Both the position numbers and the translations under genes were made by a program. Below, one piece after another: positions 7,737 through 16,059 of a stretch of 32,000 nt of DNA. How positions within the stretch are numbered: the first letter of the stretch is position 1; each line of letters opens with the position of its first letter. The notes beneath the pieces were generated by a model that made no database searches, was not told where the DNA came from, and worked only from the letters and a program-made list of their open reading frames with translations. The DNA comes from an uncultured Opitutales bacterium (GTDB lineage Bacteria; Verrucomicrobiota; Verrucomicrobiia; Opitutales; Intestinicryptomonadaceae), in the NCBI GenBank assembly GCA_934613415.1, contig CAKTSY010000003.1, forward strand, positions 305,387 through 337,386, written 5' to 3'.

Positions 7737-9170
7737 ATGGCAAAAACAACCCCCGCATTTCTTGCCGAGCTAAAAAAGCTCGCTAAAAAGTCGCAAGTTA
7801 AAACCGACAAAAAATCGCTTTTCGAGGCCTCGTACGACAACACAAAACGCTCGTTTTTGCCCGACGCCGTTGTGTTTGTAAAAGACGCCGAAGAAGTGGG
7901 CAAAATATTAAAGTTGGCAAACAAGCACAAAGTGCCCATAACGCCCAGAGGCGCGGGCACGGGCTGCAGCGGCGGGGCGTTGCCCTATTTTGGCGGCGTT
8001 GTTTTAGACTTTTCTAAATTCGACAAAATAACGATAGACCCTCTTACAAAAACGGCAACCGTGCAAAGCGGGGCTATAAACTGGAATGTAAACGAACGCG
8101 CTAAAAAGTTCGGACTTTTCTACCCGCCAGACCCTTCTTCCACAAAATATTCCACAATAGGCGGCAACATTGCATGCAACGCGGGCGGCTTGCGCGCCTG
8201 CAAATATGGAACTACGCGCGACAACCTTATGTCGGCGGAAGGCTACCTGCCAAACGGCGACTTTGTAAAATTCGGGCTGCCGCTAAAAAAATTTAGCACG
8301 GGCTATAATTTAAAAGACCTGCTTTTGTGCTCGGAGGGCACTTTGGCGGTAATAACAAAGGCTACATTAAAGCTAAAAGACCTACCCAAAGAAAAGCTTG
8401 CATGCCTAAGTTTTTTCGACTCCGACGAAATTGCCTTTAAGTGCATAGAAAGAATTTTAACAAGCCCCCTAAACCCCTCCATATTCGAATTTATGGACGC
8501 CGAAAGCGTTTCGGCTGCCGACATCTACGAGGGCAAAAAGGTTTTCGACACAAAAAGGGCAGCAATTTTAATGGAGTTTGAAGGCGACAGCATTGCCGAC
8601 ATAAAAAAGTCTTTTGCCATTTTAAAGGGCATTGCAGGCTGCCAAAACTTTAAGTTTGCAAAAAACGCAAACGAATCGGAAAAGCTTTGGCAGCTAAGGC
8701 GCGACTGCAGCCAGGCATCGTACATATACGGCAACTTTAAGCTTAACCAAGACATTGTTCTTCCCGCAAACTCGGTTGCAAAATACTTTAAAAAATTTAA
8801 GGTAACCTGCAAAAAAGAGGGCTTTGCAAGCCCAACATTCGGGCACGCGGGCGACGGCAACTACCACCTGCACATTATGTGCAATGCAAACGACGCCCTT
8901 CGCAAACAAAGGGCAAAAGAGCTTATGGAAAGCTTTATAGCCTATTGCGTGAAACTTGGCGGCGCCGTTTCGGGCGAGCACGGGCTTGGGCTTTTAAAGG
9001 CAAAATATTTGCCGCTTCAGCACACACAAGCCGAAATCAACGCAATGAAATCTCTAAAAAAGGCTTTCGACAAAAACAATATTTTAAACGCAGGCAAAGT
9101 TTTGGGGCTAAAAAAACTTTCGAATTGCGAGCCCATTATTGGCTTGAAATTGCCGTGGGAAAAAAGATAA
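7737..9170 (+). CDS. FAD-linked oxidase, GlcD / D-lactate dehydrogenase family
   Basis: It has an FAD_binding_4-type N-terminal domain (PDAVVFVKDAEEVGKILKLANKHKVPITPRGAGTGCSGGALP) and an FAD-oxidase C-terminal domain (GHAGDGNYHLH..GGAVSGEHGLGLLK). I chose ATG 7737 (MAKTTPAFLAEL). The track's TTG at 7680 overlaps the preceding gene. Confidence 0.75.
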   Translation: MAKTTPAFLAELKKLAKKSQVKTDKKSLFEASYDNTKRSFLPDAVVFVKDAEEVGKILKLANKHKVPITPRGAGTGCSGGALPYFGGVVLDFSKFDKITIDPLTKTATVQSGAINWNVNERAKKFGLFYPPDPSSTKYSTIGGNIACNAGGLRACKYGTTRDNLMSAEGYLPNGDFVKFGLPLKKFSTGYNLKDLLLCSEGTLAVITKATLKLKDLPKEKLACLSFFDSDEIAFKCIERILTSPLNPSIFEFMDAESVSAADIYEGKKVFDTKRAAILMEFEGDSIADIKKSFAILKGIAGCQNFKFAKNANESEKLWQLRRDCSQASYIYGNFKLNQDIVLPANSVAKYFKKFKVTCKKEGFASPTFGHAGDGNYHLHIMCNANDALRKQRAKELMESFIAYCVKLGGAVSGEHGLGLLKAKYLPLQHTQAEINAMKSLKKAFDKNNILNAGKVLGLKKLSNCEPIIGLKLPWEKR

Positions 9171-9200
9171 TACAACCGAAAACAAAGAACAGAACCACTT

Positions 9201-10148
9201 ATGGATATAAGCGTAGTAATTCCCGTATACAACGAAGAAGGCAACCTCGAAGAGCTCTTTAAAAGACTTTGCGAATCTATGGACGCCATAGGGCGCAAAT
9301 GGGAGGTTATTTTTACAAACGACGGCAGCAAAGACCGTTCGGGCGAAATATTGCGCCGCTTTTATTCGGAACGCCCCGACATTGTAAGGGTTATAGATTT
9401 TAACGGAAACTTTGGGCAGCACACGGCGATTATTGCGGCTTTCGAAAAGTGCAAGGGCGACGTTATTGTTACCCTAGACGCCGACTTGCAAAACCCGCCT
9501 GAAGAAATACGCAAACTCATAGAAAAAACCGACCAAGGCTACGACGCCGTAGGCGGCTTTCGCAAAGTTAGGGAAGATTCGGCTTTCAGAAAATATGCGT
9601 CGAAATGCGTAAACTTTGTGCGCGAAAAGATGACCGACATTAGAATGAAAGACCAAGGCTGCATGCTAAGAGCCTACAAACGCCACATTGTAGAGGCGAT
9701 TTTAAGGTGCGACGAGCGCTCGACTTTCATTCCCGCATTGGCGTATAAATTCGCGTCGAACCCGACCGATGTCGAGGTAGACCACGCCGCCCGCAAATGC
9801 GGCGAGTCGAAATACAGCATATACAAGCTTATAAGGCTTAATTTCGACCTTATTACAGGCTTTACAATTATGCCCATTCAGCTGTTTACGCTGTTCGGCT
9901 TTGCGTCGGCATCGGGCAGCTTTTTGCTGGTTATAATTTTACTTGCGCGCAGGTTTCTGCTAGGTAGCGAAGCCGAAGGGCTGTTTACACTGTTTGCAAT
10001 TTTGTTCTTCTTAATAAGCATTGCAATTATAGGCATAGGCATTTTGGGCGAATATGTTGGCCGCATATATCAGGTTGTACAGGCGCGCCCAAAATACATT
10101 ATAAGAGACTATCTTAGCCAAGACAACGCATCTACCCCCGAAAAATAG
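9201..10148 (+). CDS. arnC: Undecaprenyl-phosphate 4-deoxy-4-formamido-L-arabinose transferase-like GT2 (ArnC orthologue)
   Basis: 315 aa, collinear with my memory of E. coli ArnC along its whole length. Matching segments are VVIPVYNEE, FGQHTAIIAAF, TLDADLQNPPEEI, GCMLRAYKRHIVEAILRCDERSTFIPALA, GESKYSIYKLIRLNFDLIT and two C-terminal TM helices ending in GILGEYVGRIYQVVQARPKYI. Confidence 0.8.
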   Translation: MDISVVIPVYNEEGNLEELFKRLCESMDAIGRKWEVIFTNDGSKDRSGEILRRFYSERPDIVRVIDFNGNFGQHTAIIAAFEKCKGDVIVTLDADLQNPPEEIRKLIEKTDQGYDAVGGFRKVREDSAFRKYASKCVNFVREKMTDIRMKDQGCMLRAYKRHIVEAILRCDERSTFIPALAYKFASNPTDVEVDHAARKCGESKYSIYKLIRLNFDLITGFTIMPIQLFTLFGFASASGSFLLVIILLARRFLLGSEAEGLFTLFAILFFLISIAIIGIGILGEYVGRIYQVVQARPKYIIRDYLSQDNASTPEK

Positions 10149-11009
10149 ATGAAAAAAAAGATAGTATTTTTCGGCTTTAGCGAAGTTGGGCACGACTGTT
10201 TAAAGCTTTTGCTTGAAAATCCGCTTTGCCGGGTTTGCGCCGTGTTTACCCACGACACCGACCCCCACGAAAAGCAGTGGTTTAAAACCTGCGAAGAGCT
10301 TGCAAAACAAAACAATATTCCCGTATACAAGCCCCTTTCGCTTAAAGACGGAGCGTACGATAACATTGTAAGAGAAATTGCGCCCGACTTGATATTGTCG
10401 CTTTACTACCGCAACTTCATACCCGAAAGCATTTTTAAGCAGGCAAAGCTTGGAGCCTACAATATGCACGGCTCGTACCTGCCAAGATACAGGGGAAGAG
10501 CCCCCCTAAACTGGTCTATAATAAACGGCGAAAGCTATTGCGGAGTGTCGCTACACACAATAGAAAAGGGCTTCGACACAGGGCTTATTGCCGACCAAGA
10601 AAAGGTTTTAATAGGGCCAAACGAATATGTTGGCGATGTTGTAGACCGCGTTGCCCGCGCGGCAGTGCTGGTTTTAAGGCGTACTTTGCCGCATCTTTTA
10701 GACGGCACTGTTAAGCTTACCCCTCAAGACGAAACTCAGGCAACCTATTTCGGCAAAAGAAAACCTGCCGACGGGCTTATAGACTTCAACAAAACGGCAC
10801 GCGAAGTGTTCAACCTTATAAGGGGCGTAAGCCGTCCCTTCCCCGGGGCGTTTACATATGTAGACGGCAAAAAACTTGTTATCTGGAAAGCCGAAATTAC
10901 CGAAAAGCACGGCGAAAATGCAGGAGCTTTAATTTCCGAAAATCCCTATGTTTTTGCATGCAAAGACGCCGCCATTAAGGCAACCGATTTCGAATTTCAA
11001 ACGGCTTAA
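10149..11009 (+). CDS. arnA: Stand-alone formyltransferase homologous to the ArnA N-terminal (UDP-Ara4N formyltransferase) domain
   Basis: 286 aa. It matches the ArnA formyltransferase domain from memory: FTHDTDPHEK, PDLILSLYYRNFI, YNMHGSYLPRYRGRAPLNWSIINGESYCGVSLH, QATYFGKRKPADG, SRPFPGAFTYVDGKKLVIW. There is no C-terminal dehydrogenase/decarboxylase domain. Its start abuts the arnC stop (TAGATG). Confidence 0.75.
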   Translation: MKKKIVFFGFSEVGHDCLKLLLENPLCRVCAVFTHDTDPHEKQWFKTCEELAKQNNIPVYKPLSLKDGAYDNIVREIAPDLILSLYYRNFIPESIFKQAKLGAYNMHGSYLPRYRGRAPLNWSIINGESYCGVSLHTIEKGFDTGLIADQEKVLIGPNEYVGDVVDRVARAAVLVLRRTLPHLLDGTVKLTPQDETQATYFGKRKPADGLIDFNKTAREVFNLIRGVSRPFPGAFTYVDGKKLVIWKAEITEKHGENAGALISENPYVFACKDAAIKATDFEFQTA

Positions 11010-11034
11010 ACTTAAGAGCAATTAAATAAAAAAG

Positions 11035-11056
11035 AACGCGCCCTAAAGAGCGCGTT
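11035..11056. terminator. Bidirectional intrinsic terminator between convergent genes
   Basis: Stem aacgcgc (11035-11041) pairs with gcgcgtt (11050-11056) around an 8-nt loop. An A-run lies upstream and TTTTT downstream, so a U-tract is available on both strands. It sits between the arnA-FT stop (11009) and the stop of the 193-aa gene (11064). Confidence 0.65.
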
Positions 11057-11063
11057 TTTAAAT

Positions 11064-11645
11064 TTATTCTATAGAAACCGAAGCAATGGGCACATATCTT
11101 AAAAGGTAAAAACTCATACTGTTTTCGAAGCTGTTTAGAACTTTTTCGACATCTAATTTGCGCAGCATTCTGCCCACCAAAACGCGAACGTCGTCGGACG
11201 GGTTAAAGCTGGATTTTAGCACATTGAAAGCGTCGGCATCGCCCGTAGCTTTAAGGGCGGCAAGCGCGTAAAGTTTGCCCTCTATATACTGCGCGTTTTT
11301 ATATATTTGCCTTATAGCGTCGCTTTGCGCCTTGGCGTCTTGGCAGTGAACTATAACCGCAAACGCCCTGCTTTGGTTTGTGGCATATTTGCCGAATTTT
11401 GCCGAAGTTAGCAGCGGCGTTTTCTCCAAAATTTTTACGGCGTCGGAAAGCGGCATTTCCTCGCTAGGATACATTTTGTCGGCGGGGGCTTTTTGCGAAG
11501 CCGCGGGTTTTGCGCTTTCTACGCTTGCAACCTTTTCTTTATGCGCAACGGTAAGCGATGTGCCAGACGCCCCGTTGTTTACCGAAATTTGCCCCATAAG
11601 CGAAACTGCACACATAAACACCGCAAAAACAAAACAATTCTTCAT
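11064..11645 (-). CDS. Hypothetical secreted protein (signal peptide; possible helical-repeat C-terminal half)
   Basis: 193 aa. It has an N-terminal signal-like segment (MKNCFVFAVFMCAVSLMG), a low-complexity A/S/K/P linker, then a helical region. A perfect AAGGAG lies 5 nt upstream of ATG 11645. The start is 12 nt after the mrdA stop, which implies co-transcription. Confidence 0.6.
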   Translation of the reverse strand: MKNCFVFAVFMCAVSLMGQISVNNGASGTSLTVAHKEKVASVESAKPAASQKAPADKMYPSEEMPLSDAVKILEKTPLLTSAKFGKYATNQSRAFAVIVHCQDAKAQSDAIRQIYKNAQYIEGKLYALAALKATGDADAFNVLKSSFNPSDDVRVLVGRMLRKLDVEKVLNSFENSMSFYLLRYVPIASVSIE

Positions 11646-11657
11646 ATAAACTCCTTT

Positions 11658-13571
11658 TTAGTTGCCCAAAACAAGGGCTGGTTTGTTCGAGAAATATTTT
11701 TCCATAACGGCTTTTACTATGGGGCCTGCCGTTTTGCCGCCGCTGGCGTCGCCGGGTTCTTCGCCTTCTATTACAACCGCCATCGCTATTTCGGGGTTGT
11801 CGGCAGGGGCAAAGGCAACCATCCAAGCCAAAGTAAGCGGCCGCCCCTGCGGGCGAACTTGCGCCGTTCCCGACTTTGCGGCGATTTGCACCAAGTCGCT
11901 AGCCGCCCTGCGCGAAGTGCCCGTATTTACGGAAGCTGTCATACCCCTTACAATTTCCAGATAGTCGCTTTTATCTATGGGTATGGGTTCGCCCCCGTGG
12001 TATTTTTGGTCGGTTATGCGCATTGGCAAATGCAATATGGAAGGCTTTGTTCTTGTCTGCATTCTTGCAAGCGAAGCTGTAACGCACGCCATCTGAAGCG
12101 GCGTTGCAAGCAGGTAGCCTTGCCCTATCGACGTATTTGCCGTATCGCCCGAGCTCCAAGGGCCCAGCAAATTCTTTTTCTTATACTCTTTATCGGGCAC
12201 AATGCTGCGCGAAGTTTCGTTTGGCAAGTCAACCCCCGTTTTCTTGTCCAGCCCAAAAAGCCGCGCGGTATCGCTAATTGCCTCTATGCCAGCCTTTAGC
12301 CCCTCGTCGTAAAAATATACGTTGCAGCTTTTTTCGAGAGATTGCGCCATATCCAAATATCCGTGCCCCGAACGCTTGTTGCAGGGGAACCTTCGGTTGC
12401 CTACAAGCATAGCTCCCATGCAGTTTACGGTGTCTTTTACGTCTAGCGTTCCGGCTCTCAATCCCGCAATAGAGGTTAAAATTTTAAATGTAGACCCCGG
12501 CGGATACAATCCCTGTATTGCCCTGTTAAGCCATGCCCCCCTTTCCCTTATCTGCATATCAACCTTGTTCGAGATGAAAGGCGAAAGCAAATTTGCATCA
12601 TAGGTAGGCTTAGATGCCATTGTTAAAATCTCGCCCGTTTTAACATCTAAAACAACAACCGCACCCTTGCGCTGCCCCATTGCATCTTCGGCTGCTATTT
12701 GCACATCTATGTCTAGCGAAACGCTAACCGTTTGACCTTTTTTTGGCAGAATTTCCTGCTCTAGGCTATACTGAAATCCCTTTGGGTCTACCACCCATAT
12801 CTGCATTCCGCTAGAGCCTGTAAGAATGTCGTCGAACTGCTTTTCTACGCCCGACCTGCCTTTTTTTGCAACAAATGAATATGTACGCAAAGTTTCGCCG
12901 GGTATTCCATCATCTTCAATCTCCATTTGCGAGCCGACAAAACCCAAAGCGTGCGCCGCATACTCGCCGTAGGGGTAACTGCGCGACGAGTCGGCATATA
13001 CCTGAACGGGGGAATCTACAGGCAGCTTTTCCGCCAAAATCGCATATTGACGTTCGTCTAAATCTTTTATTATTGGCAGCGGCAAAAGCATTCTTTCCGA
13101 AAAATGCCTGTTAAAATCTCTAACGTCCAATTCAAAATCGCTACCTAAAACCGAATTTATGTAGTCTACATAACGCTGCAAAACGCGTTTGCGCGCCGTG
13201 ATGGAAAGCTCGGCAGCGGGAATTTTCGCCTCGGGGCTTTCGGGGTGCTCTTTTATGTATTTTTTAAGCTGGGCATACTCTTTTCTAAACTCTCCCCTAA
13301 TTTCGTTAAAGTAAACGACAACCGAAAATCTGGGCTTGTTGCCGACAAGCAGCTTGCCGTTGCGGTCTAAAATGTCGCCCCTTGCCCCCGGTTTAATTAC
13401 GCGGCGCAAGGTTTGCCTTTCTGCCTTTTGCTCGTATTCGGAATGCAAAATTAGCTGCCTATACGCCAATGCCGACGACAATATTAAAAACATGCCCAGC
13501 AGCGCAAAATAGAAAACGCCAAGCTTGCGCTTTTCTTTGCCGAAAGCCTCTATCTTTGGTTGGTTATCCAT
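11658..13571 (-). CDS. mrdA: Penicillin-binding protein 2 (elongasome transpeptidase)
   Basis: 637 aa with an N-terminal TM anchor. It has the PBP dimerisation domain (GARGDILDRNGKLL), an active-site STFK (PPGSTFKILTS), an S-x-D/N-type motif (SSGDTANTSIGQG) and KSGT (AAKSGTAQV). It lies directly after mreBCD. Confidence 0.9.
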   Translation of the reverse strand: MDNQPKIEAFGKEKRKLGVFYFALLGMFLILSSALAYRQLILHSEYEQKAERQTLRRVIKPGARGDILDRNGKLLVGNKPRFSVVVYFNEIRGEFRKEYAQLKKYIKEHPESPEAKIPAAELSITARKRVLQRYVDYINSVLGSDFELDVRDFNRHFSERMLLPLPIIKDLDERQYAILAEKLPVDSPVQVYADSSRSYPYGEYAAHALGFVGSQMEIEDDGIPGETLRTYSFVAKKGRSGVEKQFDDILTGSSGMQIWVVDPKGFQYSLEQEILPKKGQTVSVSLDIDVQIAAEDAMGQRKGAVVVLDVKTGEILTMASKPTYDANLLSPFISNKVDMQIRERGAWLNRAIQGLYPPGSTFKILTSIAGLRAGTLDVKDTVNCMGAMLVGNRRFPCNKRSGHGYLDMAQSLEKSCNVYFYDEGLKAGIEAISDTARLFGLDKKTGVDLPNETSRSIVPDKEYKKKNLLGPWSSGDTANTSIGQGYLLATPLQMACVTASLARMQTRTKPSILHLPMRITDQKYHGGEPIPIDKSDYLEIVRGMTASVNTGTSRRAASDLVQIAAKSGTAQVRPQGRPLTLAWMVAFAPADNPEIAMAVVIEGEEPGDASGGKTAGPIVKAVMEKYFSNKPALVLGN

Positions 13572-14094
13572 TCAAGTCCAAGCTAAGCTCCATCTTTAAC
13601 GCCATAAAAAGCGATTTATGAAAAGAATACCAGTAGGAAGACGTCCACAACAAAAACAGCGTTGAAAAAAGGTAGTCGCTAAAAACCCTAACGGCATATG
13701 TCGTCCAAGAAACCGAATGCGGCATAAAGAACAAAACCGCCCATGCAAACATTGCCGTGTTTACAACCGCACATACCGAAAAAACTCCAAGCTTGTCTAT
13801 GCTGCGGAATCTAAACGACTGGCTTTTTATGAAAACCGAGGCTGCCACATACATAAATACCAAAGAAAACGCAGGCACAGGCAAAAACGCTTCGCTTATG
13901 GCTCCCGAAAAAACAGCGACAAGCACAAGCTGCCAAAGTTTTAAATATACCGACGGCACAAGCACCAAAAGAACGGGCACAAAAACATATATGCCCCATG
14001 CCGACAAAAAATCGTTTAGCGTGTGCAAAATAAAAATGCAAGCGACATTTATCAAAGCCATTATATACGGCCTTATGTCGAAGGCGTTTCCCAT
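13564..14094 (-). CDS. mreD: Rod shape-determining protein MreD
   Basis: 176 aa, very hydrophobic with multiple TM segments. It sits between mreC and mrdA and overlaps mrdA by 8 nt. The call rests mainly on position and topology. Confidence 0.7.
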   Translation of the reverse strand: MGNAFDIRPYIMALINVACIFILHTLNDFLSAWGIYVFVPVLLVLVPSVYLKLWQLVLVAVFSGAISEAFLPVPAFSLVFMYVAASVFIKSQSFRFRSIDKLGVFSVCAVVNTAMFAWAVLFFMPHSVSWTTYAVRVFSDYLFSTLFLLWTSSYWYSFHKSLFMALKMELSLDLNG

Positions 14095-14095
14095 T

Positions 14096-14926
14096 TTACT
14101 TTTGCTCCACTTTTGTAAGTATTACAACTTCGCGCAAATCGTGCAGCGACTTTGGCAAAATAACAGTGCCGTTTTTAAACAAACAGTCATCGTCTAGCTC
14201 CAATTTTTCTACGCTGCCAATGTATATGCCTTCGGGGAAGGTTCCCGCCAGCGAAGACGTATATAAAAGCAGGGGTTCTTTTTCGCTTGCATTTAGGTTT
14301 GAAGGCACAGAAAGCGCATTGCCCGAATACGAAGTAAAGGCCTTTGCCCCGCCGCCCTGATATATAACAGGGGTTGTGCACCCGCTAAAATAAGCCGCCA
14401 TTCTAAAGCCCGAGCTGCTTACCAATTCAACAACGCTTTCGAACGACGAAACCTGAACAATGCGGCCTACAACGCCGTCTTTATAAATAACGGCGTCGCC
14501 CTTTTTCACGCCGTCAACCGAGCCCCTTCTTACCGTAATTTGCTGCCACCATGCCGAAATGTCGCGCCTTATTACCCTTGCAACAATGGGGTTAAACCTG
14601 TCGAACGACGGCATTTTTAATAGGGTTTCGTAGCGGGCAATGCGGTCTTTTAAAAACTCGTTTTCCAAAACCTTTGTAGTATACGAGGCGTTTAAGCGCG
14701 CCAAATCCCTGCCTGCTTCTATCAACGCCCTTTTTGAATTTGCGTGCTTAATCCAATAGGTTTCCAAGTCGCCCAACTGCGAGGGAAGAATGTCTACGGG
14801 AGCCGAAAATTCGGCAAACAAAGCCTTTGCCGAATTTTTTACAAAAGGCGGCATTAAAAAACAAACCGCCAAAACTGCGATAAATATCGCAATATCACGC
14901 AACGCCCTTGTTCTGCCCTTAGACAA
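14096..14926 (-). CDS. mreC: Rod shape-determining protein MreC
   Basis: 276 aa with an N-terminal TM, a coiled-coil region and two beta-barrel-type segments (GDAVIYKDGVVGRIVQV; the GTFPEGIYIGSV motif). It lies directly downstream of mreB. Confidence 0.85.
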   Translation of the reverse strand: MSKGRTRALRDIAIFIAVLAVCFLMPPFVKNSAKALFAEFSAPVDILPSQLGDLETYWIKHANSKRALIEAGRDLARLNASYTTKVLENEFLKDRIARYETLLKMPSFDRFNPIVARVIRRDISAWWQQITVRRGSVDGVKKGDAVIYKDGVVGRIVQVSSFESVVELVSSSGFRMAAYFSGCTTPVIYQGGGAKAFTSYSGNALSVPSNLNASEKEPLLLYTSSLAGTFPEGIYIGSVEKLELDDDCLFKNGTVILPKSLHDLREVVILTKVEQK

Positions 14927-14943
14927 TGTTTAGACAATAAAGT

Positions 14944-15963
14944 TTAGTCGTTCTCGCTTGTCCACCAATGCAAGTCTGTAAGGATTTTGCCAGTGCCGTT
15001 TGCAACAGCCCTAAGCGGGTCTTCGCCGACAAAGCAGGGCAACCCCGTAACTTCGCTAAGCATTGTGTTTAGGCCTCTAATAAGCGCGCCGCCGCCTGCA
15101 AGAACTATGCCGCGGTCCATAAGGTCGGCACTGTGTTCGGGTGGGCAGTGTTCCAAAGCCTCTCTTACAACGCTTACTATCGAAGCAAATGTGTCCGACA
15201 AAGCCTCCCTTATTTCTTCGGAAGTTATAGTTAAAGTCTTGGGCAAGCCCGCAACCGAATCGCGGCCTTTAACTTCCATCTTAAGCTCTTCTTCCAGCGG
15301 GTGTGCCGACCCTATGCGAATTTTTATTTCCTCGGCGGTTCTTTCGCCTATCATAAGGTTGTACGACTTTTTCATATACTGCATAATGGCCTTGTCGATT
15401 TCGTCGCCGCCAACCCTTATGCTCTTAGAATACACAACGCCCGAAAGCGAAATTACCGCAACTTCGGTTGTACCGCCGCCAATGTCTACAATCATTGTTG
15501 CCGGCGGCTCGCCAATGGGCAAGTCTACGCCAATTGCGGCAGCCAGCGGCTCTTCCATAAGGTATACAAGCCTTGCCCCCGCCCTTATTGCCGACTCTTT
15601 AACGGCTCTGCGTTCAACTTCGGTAATGCCCGAGGGAACTGCCACTACAACTCTGGGGGCAACAAACTTCATTGCGCTGGAAGCTTTGTCGATAAAATAT
15701 CTTAGCATATGCTCGGTAATTTCGAAGTCGGCAATAACGCCGTCTTTCATAGGGCGAATGGCCGTGATATTGCCGGGGGTTCTGCCCAACATTTCCTTTG
15801 CCTTATTGCCCACAGCCAAAACCCTTTTGGAATTGTTAAATACCGCAACAACACTGGGCTCGCTTATAATAACGCCCTTGTCTTTAACGTAAACAAGGGT
15901 GTTTGCCGTACCCAAGTCTATGCCGATGTCGTTTGTCCAAATGTTCTTTAAAAAGCCTGCCAT
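14944..15963 (-). CDS. mreB: Rod shape-determining actin homologue MreB
   Basis: 339 aa. Recognisable motifs are DIGIDLGTANTLVY, AIRPMKDGVIADF, VVAVPSGITEVERRA, MIVDIGGGTTEVAVISL and IVLAGGGALIRGL. Confidence 0.95.
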   Translation of the reverse strand: MAGFLKNIWTNDIGIDLGTANTLVYVKDKGVIISEPSVVAVFNNSKRVLAVGNKAKEMLGRTPGNITAIRPMKDGVIADFEITEHMLRYFIDKASSAMKFVAPRVVVAVPSGITEVERRAVKESAIRAGARLVYLMEEPLAAAIGVDLPIGEPPATMIVDIGGGTTEVAVISLSGVVYSKSIRVGGDEIDKAIMQYMKKSYNLMIGERTAEEIKIRIGSAHPLEEELKMEVKGRDSVAGLPKTLTITSEEIREALSDTFASIVSVVREALEHCPPEHSADLMDRGIVLAGGGALIRGLNTMLSEVTGLPCFVGEDPLRAVANGTGKILTDLHWWTSEND

Positions 15964-16059
15964 AAATATTTATTTTGTTGTGTGTTTAAAACATAATCGT
16001 AAGAATTGCGGGCATTGTCAAACTATATTAGAGCATTTTATTAACGATAAAAGACTGTT

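Noticed and set aside
14987-15892. A 301-aa ORF antisense to mreB. Similar long antisense ORFs occur at 11493..12299 opposite mrdA, 21513..22115 opposite the 1145-aa gene, 30778..31335 opposite acnA and 5254..5742 opposite potA.
   Set aside because: Each lies entirely inside a gene with unmistakable conserved motifs on the other strand. Their translations are low-complexity (S/P/A/T- or R/C/F-rich) with no recognisable motifs. They are most simply explained as shadow ORFs caused by the codon bias of the sense genes.
15964-16059. Possible divergent promoters in the mreB/dsbD intergenic region, for example TTGTCA-18-TATTAA at 16015-16044.
   Set aside because: The match would place the transcription start only about 9 nt from the dsbD ATG. 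Several equally weak AT-rich alternatives exist, so the evidence is insufficient for a feature call.
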